This document shows positions 19,521 through 27,639 of a DNA stretch of 33,926 bases, one piece after another. The stretch comes from Thiomonas sp. (GTDB taxonomy: Bacteria > Pseudomonadota > Gammaproteobacteria > Burkholderiales > Burkholderiaceae_C), in NCBI GenBank assembly GCA_027451915.1, contig DAIDHU010000186.1, forward strand, positions 1 to 33,926, written 5' to 3'. Made by a program: the position numbers and the translations under genes. The notes under the pieces are model-generated. The model did no database searches. It worked only from the letters and a program-made list of their open reading frames with translations, and was not told where the DNA came from. How positions within the stretch are numbered: position 1 is the stretch's first letter; the number at the start of each line of letters is the position of its first letter.

Positions 19521-20346
19521 GGGCTTGCGTGGCCATGATGCGCCCGCTGGAGCGGGCGCCGGTTTCGGGAAACAGGAAGTCCAGGACCTCGCCCACCAGG
19601 TCGGTGCGCCGTACGAGGCCGCCGAAGCCGTGCGCGCCGTCGGGCAGTTCGACCAGGTCCAGGCTGGCCTGCAGGCATTGGGAGCGCGCCGCCAGCTGCA
19701 TGGCCCGCACCCAGCTGCGGGCACGGTCGAGGCGGGTGCGCCCCTGGATCTGGTCAAGTCGCTCGTTGCGGCGCAGCAGCCTGCTGTGGGCGTGCTCGCG
19801 CTGCCCCACGAACACCCGCCCCGGAACGCGCAGATATCGCCAGGCTTCCAGACGCGGGAACTCCGCGGGGGCATGGCCCGTCCCCAGGGGATAGTGCAGG
19901 GTCTCGTCGGGAAAGGTGTACCAGCCGGGCGCGCTCAGGGCATAGCGCCGGACCATGTCGGGGTGGGCCATGACGAACCTGTGCACGAACTGCGCGCCGC
20001 CTGAATGGCCGAACAGGCGCAGGTCCGAGGGGTCGAAGCCATGCTCCCCGGCCAGGCCCGCGACCAGTGCGATCAAGTGCAGGTCGGCGCGCTGCCCGTG
20101 CCCTGGGCGGCCGAGGCGCTGATAGTCGGGGTAATGCTGCCCGTCGAAGCAGGGCACGAGCAGATGACAGGCGCGCTCGCGCGCCCGAGGGGCGAAAGCC
20201 TGCATCTGCTCGAGTGCATTGCGGCGCACGCCGTGGACGGCAATCAGCAGGCTCGAGCACCGGCCGAGAACCGGAGATTCCTGGAACCAGTAGCTCAAGG
20301 CACCGAAGCGTCGCGCCTCGGGCAGGGGAACGGAAGGGGTCGACAT
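19489..20346 (-). CDS. Alpha/beta-fold hydrolase (serine esterase-like)
   Basis: LIAVHGVRRNA, nucleophile motif GHSGGAQF, C-terminal GAHGF. It is the 3' part of the 19489..21216 ORF; ATG 20346 lies 5 nt after the DUF1611 stop. Confidence 0.85.
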   Translation of the reverse strand: MSTPSVPLPEARRFGALSYWFQESPVLGRCSSLLIAVHGVRRNALEQMQAFAPRARERACHLLVPCFDGQHYPDYQRLGRPGHGQRADLHLIALVAGLAGEHGFDPSDLRLFGHSGGAQFVHRFVMAHPDMVRRYALSAPGWYTFPDETLHYPLGTGHAPAEFPRLEAWRYLRVPGRVFVGQREHAHSRLLRRNERLDQIQGRTRLDRARSWVRAMQLAARSQCLQASLDLVELPDGAHGFGGLVRRTDLVGEVLDFLFPETGARSSGRIMATQAHARSTDSACA

Positions 20347-20351
20347 GGGCG

Positions 20352-21485
20352 TCACTCGCCCTGCCGGCGCAAGCGCTCCAGAAGATCGGGCAGCCTGGGA
20401 AGCACGCCACCCAGCACGGCCGGGGTCGCGAGCTCGTCGATGGTGCAGGTCGGCACCTTCAAGGCCGCGCCGGCCTTGCGCGTGGCCAGCGGAGATGCCG
20501 TGAGAACCCCGCTGACCGCCACGACGGGAAGGCCTCGCTGTTCGAGCCAGGCGACTCCGGCAATGGCACTCATGGCATCCGGCGCGGCGAAAACCACGGC
20601 GTCGACAAGCTTGGCGAACAGGTGGCCCTGCACCAGAGCCGAGGTTTCCCGCTGCAGCAGACCATCGGCGACTTCGATGACCGCGCAGTCGACACCGGTG
20701 GACGCGAGGTGTCCCGAGAGGTCGCCCAGGATGCGCTCCACGGTCGCGCAGTCCAGGCCCGCGGTCGAGGCATGACCCATGTCGGTGAAGTCCAGCACGG
20801 GCGACGCCCCGGCGTCCTGCATGAGCCAGCGGTCTCCGCCGGCTCCTGTGCCGGTGATCTTCGCCGCCCCCACCCGCAGCCCTGAGCGCTTGAGCCCCGC
20901 GATCAGATTGGCGGCGGTGGTGGTCTTGCCGGCGTTCATGCTCGAGCCCAGCACCGCGATGCTCAGGGCGGCGCGCCCACGGGCCCCGCCCAGCGCGCCG
21001 CGGCGCAGGTTGAGCACCCCCTGGGCGTCGGCCAGCAGGCCCAGGGGAGTGATCTGCGTGGCGGGCTTGATGCTCGCGTGCCGGCTCAGGACCCTCGCGG
21101 CCACGCCTCCTCCGGCCACCAGATGGCAGGGGGAGAGATCCTCGGGAATCACCGCCTCGAACTGATCCGGCGCATAGCGCTGGCCATAGGCGACGACGAT
21201 GGTGTCGCCGGGCCATAGACGCTGCCGGCGTCCGTCGGCCGACTCCAGGTGCTGATGCATGCCCAGTTGCGTGACCTGGGCGACGACCAGGTCACCGGCA
21301 CGCGGAGCGGCCTGGACCAGGGCCAGTTCCTCCAACGCATCGAGGCCGATGCGCCGCACCGTGTAGGCCGCCTTCGCCGACCGCAGGCGCTGGGCGGCGG
21401 ATTCGACGGACATCGCGCCGCGGCGCCTGGCAATTCGCGGCGCCTGCAGCTCGCCGGCCATGTCGGGAAGAGTGACTTTTTGCAT
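20352..21485 (-). CDS. DUF1611-like P-loop NTPase-fold protein
   Basis: Walker A GSSMNAGKTTT, GAAKITGTGAGGD, VLDFTDMG, Walker-B-like VIEVADG, N-terminal YGQRYAPDQFEA domain. GGAGG RBS before ATG 21485. Confidence 0.8.
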   Translation of the reverse strand: MQKVTLPDMAGELQAPRIARRRGAMSVESAAQRLRSAKAAYTVRRIGLDALEELALVQAAPRAGDLVVAQVTQLGMHQHLESADGRRQRLWPGDTIVVAYGQRYAPDQFEAVIPEDLSPCHLVAGGGVAARVLSRHASIKPATQITPLGLLADAQGVLNLRRGALGGARGRAALSIAVLGSSMNAGKTTTAANLIAGLKRSGLRVGAAKITGTGAGGDRWLMQDAGASPVLDFTDMGHASTAGLDCATVERILGDLSGHLASTGVDCAVIEVADGLLQRETSALVQGHLFAKLVDAVVFAAPDAMSAIAGVAWLEQRGLPVVAVSGVLTASPLATRKAGAALKVPTCTIDELATPAVLGGVLPRLPDLLERLRRQGE

Positions 21486-21544
21486 CGTGGCCTCCAGGAG
21501 GAAGGTGCATGGGACAGCACCGTATCGCGCCATGGAGCACACTT

Positions 21545-21622
21545 TAAATGGGAAAATTTCCCATGTAATGACAATCAAATGACATTACATTTCTTACGTT
21601 TGGTCACTTTTGTCATGTGACA
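21545..21622 (-). promoter_or_regulatory. AT-rich regulatory region with PhoB/OmpR-type direct repeat and several palindromes
   Basis: Minus strand TGTCAT-N5-TGTCAT (21584-21568, 11-bp period). Palindromes ATGGGAAA-A-TTTCCCAT (21548-21564), ATGTAATG..CATTACAT (21563-21590) and TGTCA-TG-TGACA (21611-21622). Confidence 0.6.
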
Positions 21623-21652
21623 CCGCGCGATGCTCCGCCGGAGCGCAGGCGC

Positions 21653-22924
21653 TCAATGGGCGGCGCGCGAGCCTTCGTTCAGATCGTGGACCAGCTCGGC
21701 GGGCGCGCTGGCGCGCGCCATGGCCGGCCCCTGCCCCACCTCGCAGCCTTCCCAGCGCAGGAACTGGAGGTCGGCGTCGGAGCCCACGCCATCGGCGATG
21801 GTGAGCGCCCCCAGGGTGTGCGCCAGGGCGATCAGGGAGCGCGCCATCGCCGCGCGTTGCGGCTCGTCGGCCACGCCGTCGACGAAACACCGCGGCAATC
21901 GCAGGGACTCGAAGCCCAGGCTGTTCAGATAGGGCAGCGCGATGGTCGCGGCGCCGAAGTCGCGAAACACGAAGCCGACCCCCGCCTGGCGCAGGCGTTG
22001 CATGGCCTCGAGCAGGCTGGATTCGGCGCGCGACACCACGGCCTGGCTGAGCCCCAGATCGATTTGCAGCGAGGGGGCGCTCAGCTCGCCAAGGGCCTGC
22101 AGCAATTGCTCCAGGTACGCAGGGTCGTCGAGGAATTCCCCGATCAGGGGAAGACTCACCCGCAGCCCGCTGCCGAACTCGGCCTGCCAATGGCGCGCCC
22201 AGGACACGCCCTGCCCGAGCAGCCAGCGCATCGTGCGCACCCGCGGCGCGCCCATGCCCAGGCGGTCGGCCACCTGTTCGGTCGACAACAGACCGCGACG
22301 ACTCTTCCACTTGGCGACGAGCTCGACCCCGTGCATGCGCAAGGAATCCATCCTGAGCTGGGCCTGCGCCTGCAGCACGATGCGCCCTTCGGGCGCGGCG
22401 TCGGCCAGCTCCTCGGCCAGTTCCTGGTCGCCCTGGTCGCGCGCCCGCCCCTCGCCGTCGCTACTTCCGCCATGCCCGCTCAGCGAGCGCGCATGGCTGT
22501 AGCCGCGCAGCGCCGCGATGACGGTCGAATGCAGGCGCTGCGCGGTGATTTCGGTCTTGAGCAGGTAGCCGTTGATCTCGTAGTCGACGATCACCTCGCG
22601 CTCGGGCGCCATGCCCGGCTGGCCGGTGCGCACGACAATCTGCATATCGTGATTGCCGAGCCTGCGGCGCACGAATTCGACCAGGTGCATGCCCGCGTCG
22701 TCGGTCTCCATCACCACGTCGAGCAGCAGCAGCGCGATGTCCGGGTGGCGCCCCAGCAATTCACGCGCCTGCGCGGCCGAGGCCGCGCTCAGCAGGTCCA
22801 CCGCCGCTCCCTCGAAGCGCAGGCCGCGCAGGATCAGTTGCGAAACCTCGTGCACCGCCGGCTCGTCGTCGACCAGCAGCACCTTCCACGGCGCGCAGGC
22901 CGCCATCGTCACCTCAGGCTGCAT
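21653..22924 (-). CDS. Response regulator: REC (+DUF3369-like linker) fused to a degenerate EAL domain
   Basis: KVLLVDDE, phospho-Asp LLDVVMET, RTGQPG, LLKTE. EAL-like C-terminus has altered motifs (VELVAKW, FRDFGAATIAL, ADGVG). Overlaps the kinase stop. Confidence 0.88.
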   Translation of the reverse strand: MQPEVTMAACAPWKVLLVDDEPAVHEVSQLILRGLRFEGAAVDLLSAASAAQARELLGRHPDIALLLLDVVMETDDAGMHLVEFVRRRLGNHDMQIVVRTGQPGMAPEREVIVDYEINGYLLKTEITAQRLHSTVIAALRGYSHARSLSGHGGSSDGEGRARDQGDQELAEELADAAPEGRIVLQAQAQLRMDSLRMHGVELVAKWKSRRGLLSTEQVADRLGMGAPRVRTMRWLLGQGVSWARHWQAEFGSGLRVSLPLIGEFLDDPAYLEQLLQALGELSAPSLQIDLGLSQAVVSRAESSLLEAMQRLRQAGVGFVFRDFGAATIALPYLNSLGFESLRLPRCFVDGVADEPQRAAMARSLIALAHTLGALTIADGVGSDADLQFLRWEGCEVGQGPAMARASAPAELVHDLNEGSRAAH

Positions 22925-25652
22925 CGCCGCCACCTCCCGGGGCCTGCCAGCGCAGTGCCGCGCCCAGGCGCCCCGAATGCCGGGCCTGCAGAGGGATGCG
23001 CAGCAGGAAATGCGCGCCCCGTCCCGCCGGCTGCTCCAGCTCGACGCTGCCGCCGAGCTGCTGGGTCACCACCTGGTGCACGATGAACAGGCCCAGCCCG
23101 CTGCCCCCGGCCAGGCGCTGGGTGGTGAAAAAGGGCTCGAACACCCTGGCCCGCAGCCCGGGGGCGATTCCGGGCCCGCTGTCGCTGTAATGCAATTCCA
23201 CGATCTCCTCGACGACTCGCGCCTGAATGTCGATGCGCCCGCCGCTGGCGTGCACGAAGGCATGCTGCAACGAGTTGACCACCAGGTTGCTGATCACCTG
23301 CTCCAGCGACAAAGCATAGCTGTGCAGCTCGATGCCTTCCGGCATGTCCAGGCCCACCTCGACCCGGGCCGCCTGCAGCCTGGGCGCCAACTCGCGCAGG
23401 ATCTGTTCAATGTGCGCGCGCAGCTCGAAGCGCCGGCGCGGCTCGGAGATCTGGTCAACCCCCAGGCGCTTGAAGTTGCGCACCAGCTGGCCGATGCGCT
23501 GCGCGTTGGATTGCAGCAGCCGCGCCGACTCGGCGGCGTCGCGCAGATACTGCGACTGCTGCTGCGGGTCGAGCTCGCCGCGATCGAACTGCCCTTGCAC
23601 GTCGCGCGTGCGGTCGCCCAGGAAGGAGGCCGTGCTGATGGCGATTCCCGCCGGGGTGTTGATTTCGTGCGCCACCCCGGCGACCAGGCCGCCCAGCGCC
23701 GCGAGCTTCTCCGACTCGACCAGATGCCGGCGTGCACGATCCAGGTCGTCCATCGACTCCAGCAGGTCGCGTTCCGCCTGTTCGCTGCCCTCGTGGAACA
23801 GCACGGCCCACCACACCGCCAACGAGGCCAACAGCAGGGTGGCCAGATACAGGCGCCACAACACGTTGACCATGGCGGCATTCGGCCCGTGCTGGTCCAG
23901 GCCCATCAGGCGGTAGGTCAGCACGAAGGTGGCGCCGAGCAGCGCCGCGGCGCCGGCGAACAGAACCAGGAAGCGTCCGACCCGCCGCAGCACATGGGGC
24001 TGGAAACCGGTGACCGGCGCCTGCGCGGGCGCCACGGCCGAGGGCTCCTGCTCGGTCTTGCACAAATCGTGGCAATGCAGGTCGAGACCGCAGCACAGCG
24101 AGCAGATCGGGCCCCGGTAGAAGGGGCAGTCGGTCATGTCCGGCGCCTCGTACTCGCGCTCGCAGATGCAGCATTGCACCAGCTCAGTCCTTTCCCGCTG
24201 GCGGAAATGCAGGTCGGGACGCGCCAGGTAGTATCGCCCACGGGTCGCGTAGCCGATGCCGATCGCGCTGCCGAAGGCGGTGGCCAGGGTGAGATAGCCG
24301 AAGAAGGCCGAGGCCACGCGGCCGAACAGCCCTGCGTAGGCCAGCATCCCGACCAGGCTGGCCAGGAGCATGGCCCCGCAACCCACCGGATTGATGTTGT
24401 ACAGATGGGCGCGCTTGAATTCGATGTACGGCGGGCTGATGCCGACGCGCTTGAGCACCACCAGATCGGCCACCAGCGCGCCGATCCAGGCGATCGCCAC
24501 GGTGGCGTATACCGAGAGCACGAGCTGCAGGGTGGCGAAGATTCCCAGCAACGCGAGCAGCAAGGCCACCACCACATTGAACACCAGCCAGACCACGCGC
24601 CCGGGATGGAAGTGCGCCAGGCGCACGAAACAGTTCGACCAGGCCAGCGAGCCGCTGTACGCATTGGTGACATTGATCTTGAGCTGCGATACGGTGACGA
24701 ACACCACCGCGAGCCCCAGTGCCAGCGCCGGCGATGCGGTCAGCACGCGGTAGGCGTGGTAGTACATGCGCACTGGCTCGGTGGCCTGCGCAGCGGTGCT
24801 GCCCAGGCGCAAGGCCAACACCGCCAGCAGCCCGCCGGCGAGGATTTTGGCGGCGCCGATCACAATCCAGCCCGGACCCGCGGCGACCATGGCGGCCCAC
24901 CACGAGCGGCGGTTGGACTCGGTACGCGGCGGCAGGAATCGCAGATAGTCGGCCTGCTCCCCGATTTGCGCGATGAGCGCGAACAAGACGCCGGAGGCCG
25001 CGCCGAAGGTCAGCAGGTCGAAACCGCCGCCCGTGCCGGCACGACCCTGGAAATCCACCCAGGCGCGTAGCGCCTGCGGGTCCCTGCCGATGATGAACAG
25101 GAAGGGCAGGACCATCATCAGCAGCCACACCGGCTGGGTCCATGACTGCAGGCGGTTGATCCAGGTGACGCCGAAGAACACGATGGGCAGGATCACCAGC
25201 GAACAGATCAGGTAGCCCAGCGCCAGGTTGAGGCCGAAACCGAGTTGCAGCGCCTGTGCCCAGATGGCCGTCTCGATGGCGAAGAAAATCAGGGTGAAGG
25301 CGGCATAGATCAGCGAGGTCAGCGTGGAGCCGATGTAGCCGAAGCCGGCGCCGCGAGTCAGCAGGTCGATGTCCACGTTGGCGATGGCGCACCAATAGGC
25401 GATCGGCTTGCTGACCAGGAAGATCAGCAGCGAGACCGCGCACACCGCGGCCAGGGCGCTTGCGAAACCGTAGCTCAGCGTGATGTTGGCGCCGATCGCC
25501 TCCAGCCCCCGGAAGGAAATCCCTCCCAGGGCCGTGTTGGCCACCACGGACGGGCTCCACCGGCGGTAGGAACTGGCCGCGTAGCGCAGCGCGTAGTCTT
25601 CCAGCGACTCGTTGGCCACCCAGGACTGGTACTGTCTGCGACTGCGACTCAT
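22914..25652 (-). CDS. Membrane sensor histidine kinase with N-terminal permease-like (NCS1/CodB-like) domain and Cys-rich linker
   Basis: About 12 TM permease-like N-terminus (WVANESLEDYALR, DIDLLTRGAGFGYIGS, QIGEQADYLRF, NVTNAYSGS), 9-Cys linker, 2 more TMs. H-box VAHEINTP, N-box NLVVNSLQHAF, DSGPGI, FEPFFTT, GSGLGL. Confidence 0.9.
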   Translation of the reverse strand: MSRSRRQYQSWVANESLEDYALRYAASSYRRWSPSVVANTALGGISFRGLEAIGANITLSYGFASALAAVCAVSLLIFLVSKPIAYWCAIANVDIDLLTRGAGFGYIGSTLTSLIYAAFTLIFFAIETAIWAQALQLGFGLNLALGYLICSLVILPIVFFGVTWINRLQSWTQPVWLLMMVLPFLFIIGRDPQALRAWVDFQGRAGTGGGFDLLTFGAASGVLFALIAQIGEQADYLRFLPPRTESNRRSWWAAMVAAGPGWIVIGAAKILAGGLLAVLALRLGSTAAQATEPVRMYYHAYRVLTASPALALGLAVVFVTVSQLKINVTNAYSGSLAWSNCFVRLAHFHPGRVVWLVFNVVVALLLALLGIFATLQLVLSVYATVAIAWIGALVADLVVLKRVGISPPYIEFKRAHLYNINPVGCGAMLLASLVGMLAYAGLFGRVASAFFGYLTLATAFGSAIGIGYATRGRYYLARPDLHFRQRERTELVQCCICEREYEAPDMTDCPFYRGPICSLCCGLDLHCHDLCKTEQEPSAVAPAQAPVTGFQPHVLRRVGRFLVLFAGAAALLGATFVLTYRLMGLDQHGPNAAMVNVLWRLYLATLLLASLAVWWAVLFHEGSEQAERDLLESMDDLDRARRHLVESEKLAALGGLVAGVAHEINTPAGIAISTASFLGDRTRDVQGQFDRGELDPQQQSQYLRDAAESARLLQSNAQRIGQLVRNFKRLGVDQISEPRRRFELRAHIEQILRELAPRLQAARVEVGLDMPEGIELHSYALSLEQVISNLVVNSLQHAFVHASGGRIDIQARVVEEIVELHYSDSGPGIAPGLRARVFEPFFTTQRLAGGSGLGLFIVHQVVTQQLGGSVELEQPAGRGAHFLLRIPLQARHSGRLGAALRWQAPGGGGDAA

Positions 25653-25760
25653 GGTCCTCGGTGGTGGGGTGCGGAATCCTCGCGCGCGCCCGAGGCGACG
25701 CGGCTGCGGGCCGGGCGCGATGCGAGCTGCGCAAGTGTCGCCTGCCCGGTGCCGCCGTGC

Positions 25761-25778
25761 AACATCCGTTTGGGTGAA
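25761..25778. promoter_or_regulatory. Degenerate copy of the CTCACCC-N4-GGGTGAG palindrome between the kinase and luxR
   Basis: AACATCCGTTTGGGTGAA; its reverse complement matches 12/18 to the site at 27084. Confidence 0.4.
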
Positions 25779-25797
25779 GCCGGCCCATGCCGATGGT

Positions 25798-25826
25798 TTG
25801 ACAGAGCCTGCGCCTGACCAAATAAT
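25798..25826 (+). promoter_or_regulatory. Sigma70-type promoter of the LuxR-type gene
   Basis: TTGACA (25798-25803) - 17 nt - AATAAT (25821-25826). Confidence 0.7.
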
Positions 25827-25930
25827 GTGCGAAACTCAAACATCCGGCGTGCGGACCGCATCGCAGGCTTGCGCCGCGCGGACACGGCACGCCGCGCCAC
25901 GATCCCGGGCGCGGCGATGGAGACCATGGC

Positions 25931-27076
25931 ATGGACGGTTCGCACTCGCCCGATCCGGAGCCCGCGTCGCTGGCTGAGCTTGCGCGCTCGATCCACGGTG
26001 CCAGCATCGACCCACAGGCCTGGCCGGCCGCCCTCGAAGGCATGCGGCGGCGCCTGGACGCCAGCGTGGTCATGATCGGCCATCACGACTTCGACAGCGG
26101 CGCCGAGTCGGCGCTGTTCGAGGCGCCGCTGGATGCCGACTTCTGTGCCCAGATGGCCGCCTTCTCGGCGCGCAATCCCTGGTTCCTTTCCAGCGAGGAC
26201 TATGTGGCGGGCCGCGTCGTCGCCGGGGAGGACGTGATCAGCCCCCGCGAACTCCGGCGCACCGACTTCTACCGCGACTTCCTTCGGCCCCGCGGGCTGT
26301 TGCACCGGCTTTGCGGCGTGCTCAGCCGCGACCGCCGGGGCATGCATTTCCTGAGTGTCCTGCGTTCGGAATCCCGACAGGGCTTCGGCGAGAGCGAGCG
26401 CAGGGAACTGCAACAGATGCTGGCCCATGTCTCGCTGTCGCTGGAAAGCCAATGGCGCTGGCAGGAAGCGACCGACATGTCCCAGGCCCTGCTGGCGCTG
26501 AGCGACGACGAGTCGCAGGCGCTCATGATGCTCAGCCGCGAGGCGCGACTGGTGCACCGCAACCGCATGGCCGAGCAGCTGCTGCAGGAGCGCGGCGGGC
26601 TGGCCGCCGAGGACCAGATGCTGCATGCCGCCAACCCTGCCGAGCAGCGCCGCCTGCGCGAGGCCATCGCGCGCGCATGCGACGACCCCGCAGCCGCGGA
26701 ACAGCCCCAGGTGCTGAGCCTGGCCGGCACGGCCGGCACGCAGGCGCTGGTGGTCGTGGTGCGCCGCACCGGGCCGGTGTTCCAGCGCGGCGCCGGCGGC
26801 CGCCGCCCGCTGGCGCTGCTTTCGGTGCGCTGCGCAAACGGGGCCCACGACGCCCTGCGCTGCGTGTTCGCCCGCCACTACGACCTCACGCTGGCGCAGG
26901 CCCGGGTGAGCTCGCTGATCTATGGCGGGCGCTCCCTGGCGGCGATCGCCGCTTCGCTGCACGTGTCGGAAAACACCGTGCGCAGCCACCTCAAGCAGAT
27001 CTTCCAGAAAACCGGAACCCACAGCCAGATGGACCTCGTGCACCTGCACGCGCGCATCTGCCCGGGCTGGACCTGA
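25931..27076 (+). CDS. LuxR-type HTH transcriptional regulator with N-terminal GAF/PAS-like sensor region
   Basis: C-terminal YDLTLAQARVSSLIYGGRSLAAIAASLHVSENTVRSHLKQIFQKTGTHSQMDLV; N-terminal WPAALEGM...NPW...TDFYRDFLRP; no REC domain. Confidence 0.9.
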   Translation: MDGSHSPDPEPASLAELARSIHGASIDPQAWPAALEGMRRRLDASVVMIGHHDFDSGAESALFEAPLDADFCAQMAAFSARNPWFLSSEDYVAGRVVAGEDVISPRELRRTDFYRDFLRPRGLLHRLCGVLSRDRRGMHFLSVLRSESRQGFGESERRELQQMLAHVSLSLESQWRWQEATDMSQALLALSDDESQALMMLSREARLVHRNRMAEQLLQERGGLAAEDQMLHAANPAEQRRLREAIARACDDPAAAEQPQVLSLAGTAGTQALVVVVRRTGPVFQRGAGGRRPLALLSVRCANGAHDALRCVFARHYDLTLAQARVSSLIYGGRSLAAIAASLHVSENTVRSHLKQIFQKTGTHSQMDLVHLHARICPGWT

Positions 27077-27082
27077 AGCCTT

Positions 27083-27197
27083 TCTCACCCGAATGGGTGA
27101 GACCCCGCCACCCATTCGGGTCAGCATGCCCTGCCCCCCTGGAGGCGCAGCCTTGCCCCGGGTGCGGGATTCGCGTGCCCCGGTCGCGGCCTACGAT
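27083..27197 (+). promoter_or_regulatory. crcB promoter: two palindromic operators, GGGATTC element, -10 box
   Basis: TCTCACCC-GAAT-GGGTGAGA (27083-27102, perfect), GCCACCCATTCGGGTCAG (27107-27124), GGGATTC (27166-27172), TACGAT (27192-27197). Confidence 0.7.
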
Positions 27198-27235
27198 GCC
27201 TTTGACCTCGTGCAGCCGCCGCGGAGGGCATCGCC

Positions 27236-27616
27236 ATGACCCTGCTTTCGATTGCCATCTTCGCCGTGCTCGGAGCCTTCGCACGCTACGGACAGACCCT
27301 GTTCGTGCAGGGCTTGCTGGGACGCCAGTTCCCCTTCGCCACGCTGTCGATCAACGTGCTGGGCTCCTTCCTCATGGGGCTGCTGTTTTTCCTCACGCTG
27401 GAACGGCTGTCGGTCTCCGCGGCTCTGCGCACGGGCATCCTGACCGGCGGACTCGGCGCCTACACGACCTTCTCGACCTTCTCCCTCGAATCCCTGAGCC
27501 TGTTCGAACAGGGCGAGCCGGCGAAAGCCCTGCTCTACATCGTGGGCTCTTGCGTGCTGGGCATCGGCGCCGCCGCGCTGGGCGCGTACCTGGCCCGCGG
27601 CATCGGGGCCGCATGA
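27236..27616 (+). CDS. crcB: Fluoride efflux channel Fluc/CrcB
   Basis: 126 aa with 4 TMs; LGAFARY, FPFATLSINVLGSF, TGGLGAYTTFSTFSLE. Confidence 0.96.
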   Translation: MTLLSIAIFAVLGAFARYGQTLFVQGLLGRQFPFATLSINVLGSFLMGLLFFLTLERLSVSAALRTGILTGGLGAYTTFSTFSLESLSLFEQGEPAKALLYIVGSCVLGIGAAALGAYLARGIGAA

Positions 27617-27639
27617 GATCGGGCGCGCGGCGCGCCCAC

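Noticed and set aside
25250-25520. Odd residues in kinase TM segments (ISFRGLE, VSKPI, TAIWAQ)
   Set aside because: They could be natural divergence or base-call errors. The frame is intact and I cannot judge without an alignment.
25690-25760. Possible sigma54 promoter for the kinase operon (GGCAC...TTGC on the minus strand)
   Set aside because: Spacing does not give GG-N10-GC with the TTGC.
27083-27124. Palindromes after luxR read as a Rho-independent terminator or CRISPR-like repeats
   Set aside because: No U-tract follows and there is no repeat-spacer periodicity or cas gene. Recurrence at a fixed distance from -10 boxes fits operators better.
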